Source: Nemertoderma westbladi (lineage: Eukaryota; Animalia; Xenacoelomorpha). Taken from it: a DNA stretch of 64,000 nucleotides. Position numbers and translations under genes: made by a program. Below the pieces are notes generated by a model. The model saw only the letters and a list, made by a program, of their open reading frames with translations, was not told where the DNA came from and searched no databases. Every line of letters starts with the position of its first letter. Positions within the stretch are counted from its first letter, which is position 1. This document shows, one piece after another, positions 60,096-64,000 of the stretch. Location of the stretch: positions 38,805-102,804 of the forward strand of contig JAUCBJ010000137.1 of assembly GCA_032718475.1 (NCBI GenBank). Direction: 5' to 3'.

Positions 60096-61070
60096 CCTCG
60101 GAAACGAATTCCAATCACAACGGTAAACTACTTTACTCGTACGGTACCCTACCTGCCTACGGTAATAGGCCTATCGGTATCGTGAATGCGGGTACCTGAT
60201 CGGTACTGTGCACTGAAATACTGAAATTGACCACTATACGTTGATCAAGCTTCCGGTACGCATTACTTCTGTACTTACTGCCTTTGATTATATTCAAAGT
60301 TATATATAATTATATTGCAGAGGGGTCCAGGTGGACTAAAGCTTCAGCTCAACACCCCACTCGAGGCCTGGTTGATGATGACCACACTGTGCCAGCTGCA
60401 CACGAGAAAGCACAGCACTTCAGAAAGTCACAGCTCTTGAACTATTACTCGGTCAAATTGCAAATTATGCTCCGATCATTTCGCGTAACTCTATTGTACG
60501 AGCGTCTACCTCACTACCAGCTATCTGGCAAGCATTACGTTTACATTTCGGATTCGAGTCATCTGGGGCTCATTTTCTCGATTTTAATTCAATTCAATTG
60601 CAGCATGAAGAACGTCCAGAAGACCTCTATCAGCGCATTGTTGCCTTTGTCGACGACAACCTGCTCACTCGTGATGGAGGCATAACACACTTCAACGAAA
60701 CCCCTACTTCTGATGATGAAGTTTCCCCTTCTTTGGAGAACTTCATAGTCATTACGTGGCTTCGACTAATCCATGAAGACCTCCCCAACTTGTAAATCAA
60801 AGGTATGGTACTGAGCTCCGCTCACGTACTCTTGCCACGATTAAGCAGGAGATTAGCCAAGCACTGCCTTCCCTGCTCGATGAACTTCGAGCATCTGCCG
60901 ATGTCCGCACCTTCCGTACCAATGTTTCAAATAAACCACGATACAACTTGTCACGCACATCTTCAAGTATATCCCGTCGAGATCCACCCCGATCCCGAAC
61001 TCAATTGCCATGACCAAGCAAGGTATGCCCTGTATGTCAGCAGGCCAACCGGCCAACCACTGATCACTAT

Positions 61071-62529
61071 TTGAGTGCTTGTCTGTACTTACCTGAACAG
61101 GATCGACAGTATTTTGTGCAAACCAGGTGCGTTGATCTATACGACTATGATGAATACTCCGAGGAAGAAATCGATCAATCAGGTGATCCCATAGGCACTG
61201 TACCTACCCCTAATGTTAACCGAGTTGCTGTTATTCGGTCACCATATCTAGATGTTATGTATGGACCACGCCCCTTACAGCTCTTACTTGATTGTGGTGC
61301 AGAGAGTGACTTGATACGTGAGTCATTTGCCCATGAGCTAGGTCTTACTATAACACCTAGTAAATGCCAGGTTCCAGCCCTTGCCGATGGTCAATCCACT
61401 CTGCTTGTGTCTGGGGAAACCCGCTTCTGTCTAAACCGTGGCAAACTAAAGTTTGACTTCCAGGGACTGGTTATCCCCAACCTGGGTTCACCGATAATTG
61501 GTGGAATGCCTTTCCTCAGTACAAATGATGTTGGAATCCGTGCAGCCAACAACCAGATTACTTTCAGAGATGGGTCGAGTACGTCATATGGGACTCATCC
61601 TCATAATGTAAGACATGCTCGCCACCATGATGCACCAATCCTCCGTGCCTCTGCACGATCTGTTATAGTATGGCCTGGCAATAGCCTGCAATTAGCTCTA
61701 CCACCAGCTGTAATTTATGAGGATTCTCTGTTGTTAGCACCACACATCCCAATAGGTGATCATAATATACTAAAACAACAGTGGTTTTCACCAATTTTGT
61801 CCCAGCCTTGTGATGGATATGTTAGTATTATGAATACCACAACTATACCAGTGTCAATCAAACGACACTCTCATGTGTGCACTGCTACCCCTGTTGGAGT
61901 CCTACCTAATTCTGAGTATTCCCCTGTAATACCACATACACCCATCATACGTTCAGTAACCTCAGCTAAACAGCCAAATATTGGTGCCATTAAACTTGAC
62001 CCTGACCATCTCTTAACCCAGCCACAGCGGGATGATTTGATGGCCATTATCATACGTTATTCTTCAGTTTTCGATGCCCAGTACCCTGGCTACAATGGAG
62101 CAGTTGGACCTTTTGAGGCTGTGGTTAACATGGGCCCCACCCTACCCCCCCAACAAAAGGGCCACATCCCACAGTATGGAAGGAATAGACTTGTAGAATT
62201 ACAGGACCGCTTCGACGAATTAGAAAACCTTGGTGTCTTCTCCACCCCTGAAAGAGCTGGCATCCAAGTTGAATACCTCAGACCGTCATTTCTTGTCACC
62301 AAGCCTAGTGGAGGTACACGCTTAGTAACCGCACTCAATGAGATCGCACGTTATGCGAAGCCACAACCTTCCCTTCTACCAGACGTTAGTTCAACCCTTC
62401 GAGCTGTAGGCAGATACAAATACATTGTAAGAACTGACTTAGTCAGCACCTTTTATCAAATTCCCTTAAAACGTGAATCAATGCGATATTGTGGAGTTGT
62501 TACTCCTTTCCGAGGAGTACGGGTATACA
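61071..62529 (+). pseudogene. pol: Gypsy protease + N-terminal RT
   Basis: 487-aa ORF with DCG protease and first RT motifs; ends abruptly at GVRVY. Confidence 0.88.
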
Positions 62530-64000
62530 AGTAGTATAAGAAGCTATGACACTGCGCCATGGTCACCCGTAGCCCATCATTACCATCAATTTCTACTCCT
62601 TCCTCCAATCAGAAGCCACCATTTCAACCATTAGCTGTGGTCGTTATTATTTCAACCAATCAGATGTCAGCATTTCATCCGTAATCATGGTAACTTCTCA
62701 AGTTCCCGCTTATTCCGCTAGAGGCGTTATTAGCCACCCATCGCTACTCCTTCCTCCAATCACCAACCTTTATTTTACAGGTGTTCGGGTGTCTACACTT
62801 AGCATCAGGTAACTTCTACTATTTTTCAAATCGCTACTATTTTTCACCAACCATTGCATATTCATCTTCACATAGCCTAACCTCACGATGCAAGGCTAGC
62901 CCCCCCAACCCATCGCTACTCAATCCACAGCTGTTACCCACCCAACCACCCACAAACCAACCAATCAACAGCGATGTTTACCTAACCCTACGGTTATTCA
63001 CCTTTTCGCCACGTTACCACCACTGCCACGTTACCACCACCACTGTATACTGTATATGGTGACGACGTGGCCATCTACACGCATCACATATATATTATAT
63101 TATATTGATTGCCAACTCCACGACTGCTGTCACCAAATCAACCACCCAGTATGATACATGAAATTCCACCACGTTCCAGCTACGCGTATACGAGCATTAG
63201 TGATTATTATTATTACGCAATAATTTTTGTTTATACAGTAGTTCCCTACCGGCTAATCAACCAATCAATAATCCGAATTTAGGCTATTTCTCAGTTTAAG
63301 ACCTGTATTATTTTTGAAAATATCTTATATATAATCTCTTGCTTTAATCACAATTAATCATTTGTAATGGTTTTAGTTTAAAAGTTTTTACTTTGTTTGT
63401 TTGATTTACAATAAAATAAATTAAATAATGTCTTCTGATTCCGATATGGTTATGCCAATAGTAAGGCATTCATTTTTTGCAGAAGATGGTGAAGCCTATA
63501 TTGTTATTGATTATACAATTTACCGTCAGGGAGATGATAAATATAAAATTGAGTTTTCTGAAAAAGCCAGGAAAGTTTTAACCTCAATTGATATTGATGC
63601 TTCTGATAATAGTATTCATCTCTTAGATTACAACCTGAAAGTTGAGCATGAGGGAAAATTAATCAACATCTTACTATTATCCATAATAGAGGGATTAATT
63701 GTTATTACACAATACAACGAAGCTGGTGAAAAGTTTGAAATATGGCTAAATCGCCATAATCCCTACGAAATTATGTCTTTCTTTATTGTAATGATTTCAA
63801 AAGAATCCTTTGTCGAAACTGAAGAATCAACAGATAATGTTGAATATGTTGATAATATCATTGATTCTTGACTTTTCCCTCTATATTATAAATATTTTAT
63901 GATTATTTATAAAATTTTAATGTTTTTAAATAATCGAAAATTGTAGTAGTAATTGTATATACAGTATAACAGATTTGTTTGTTGTTGTTGTGTATTGAGG
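62530..64000. mobile_element. Possible left end of a Polinton/Maverick
   Basis: Foreign sequence begins AGTAGT exactly at the RT break; ~0.7 kb non-coding region with repeated CCAATCA; then a compact AT-rich ORF. No hallmark gene lies in the window. Confidence 0.45.
63428..63871 (+). CDS. Hypothetical acidic protein (147 aa), possibly Polinton/virus-like
   Basis: Intact single-exon ATG-TGA ORF with globular-looking composition between very AT-rich flanks; no family recognised. Confidence 0.55.
   Translation: MSSDSDMVMPIVRHSFFAEDGEAYIVIDYTIYRQGDDKYKIEFSEKARKVLTSIDIDASDNSIHLLDYNLKVEHEGKLINILLLSIIEGLIVITQYNEAGEKFEIWLNRHNPYEIMSFFIVMISKESFVETEESTDNVEYVDNIIDS

Larger units (their letters stand above)
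59561..62529 (+). mobile_element. Ty3/Gypsy LTR retrotransposon, 5' part (LTR ~59561-60077, broken gag, PR, partial RT), cut at 62529
   Basis: TGTGGA...TCCAC LTR-like ends; frameshifted gag ([10 protein letters not shown]...DNLL); protease LLLDCGAE; RT PSFLVTKPSGGTRLV, TDLVSTFYQIPL. Confidence 0.88.

Overview
Repeat-rich eukaryotic DNA, most likely an invertebrate animal (inference from the TE families present); it is not prokaryotic. The core is a three-level nest. A ~1.25 kb TIR element (4861-41377, perfect 85-bp TIRs) contains giant BEL/Pao LTR retrotransposon A (+, 5574-40839, 1171-bp LTRs, TSD GCCTA, ~18.7 kb on its own). A's integrase is split by a second giant BEL/Pao element B (-, 16309-32843, ~2016-bp LTRs, TSD TCTTA, 16.5 kb). 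A and B are clearly different families but share unusual traits. (1) Neither has a TGG/tRNA-3'-end PBS; instead the 9-10 nt abutting the 5' LTR are exactly complementary to a sequence inside the element's own LTR (candidate self-priming). (2) Both have the short PPT GGAGCGG. (3) Both carry a homologous non-env accessory gene after pol with an unrecognised Cys/His domain; in A it is fused to a DEDDy-like 3'-5' exonuclease fold, three zinc knuckles and a basic tail. The rest holds two probable host genes (acylphosphatase; Cys-rich GPI-anchored protein), tRNA-derived SINEs, RTE and CRE-like LINE relics, a solo LTR, a MULE-type MITE, tandem repeats, and a truncated Gypsy element apparently interrupted by the left end of a Polinton/Maverick. 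All comparisons were made by eye; no searches were run.
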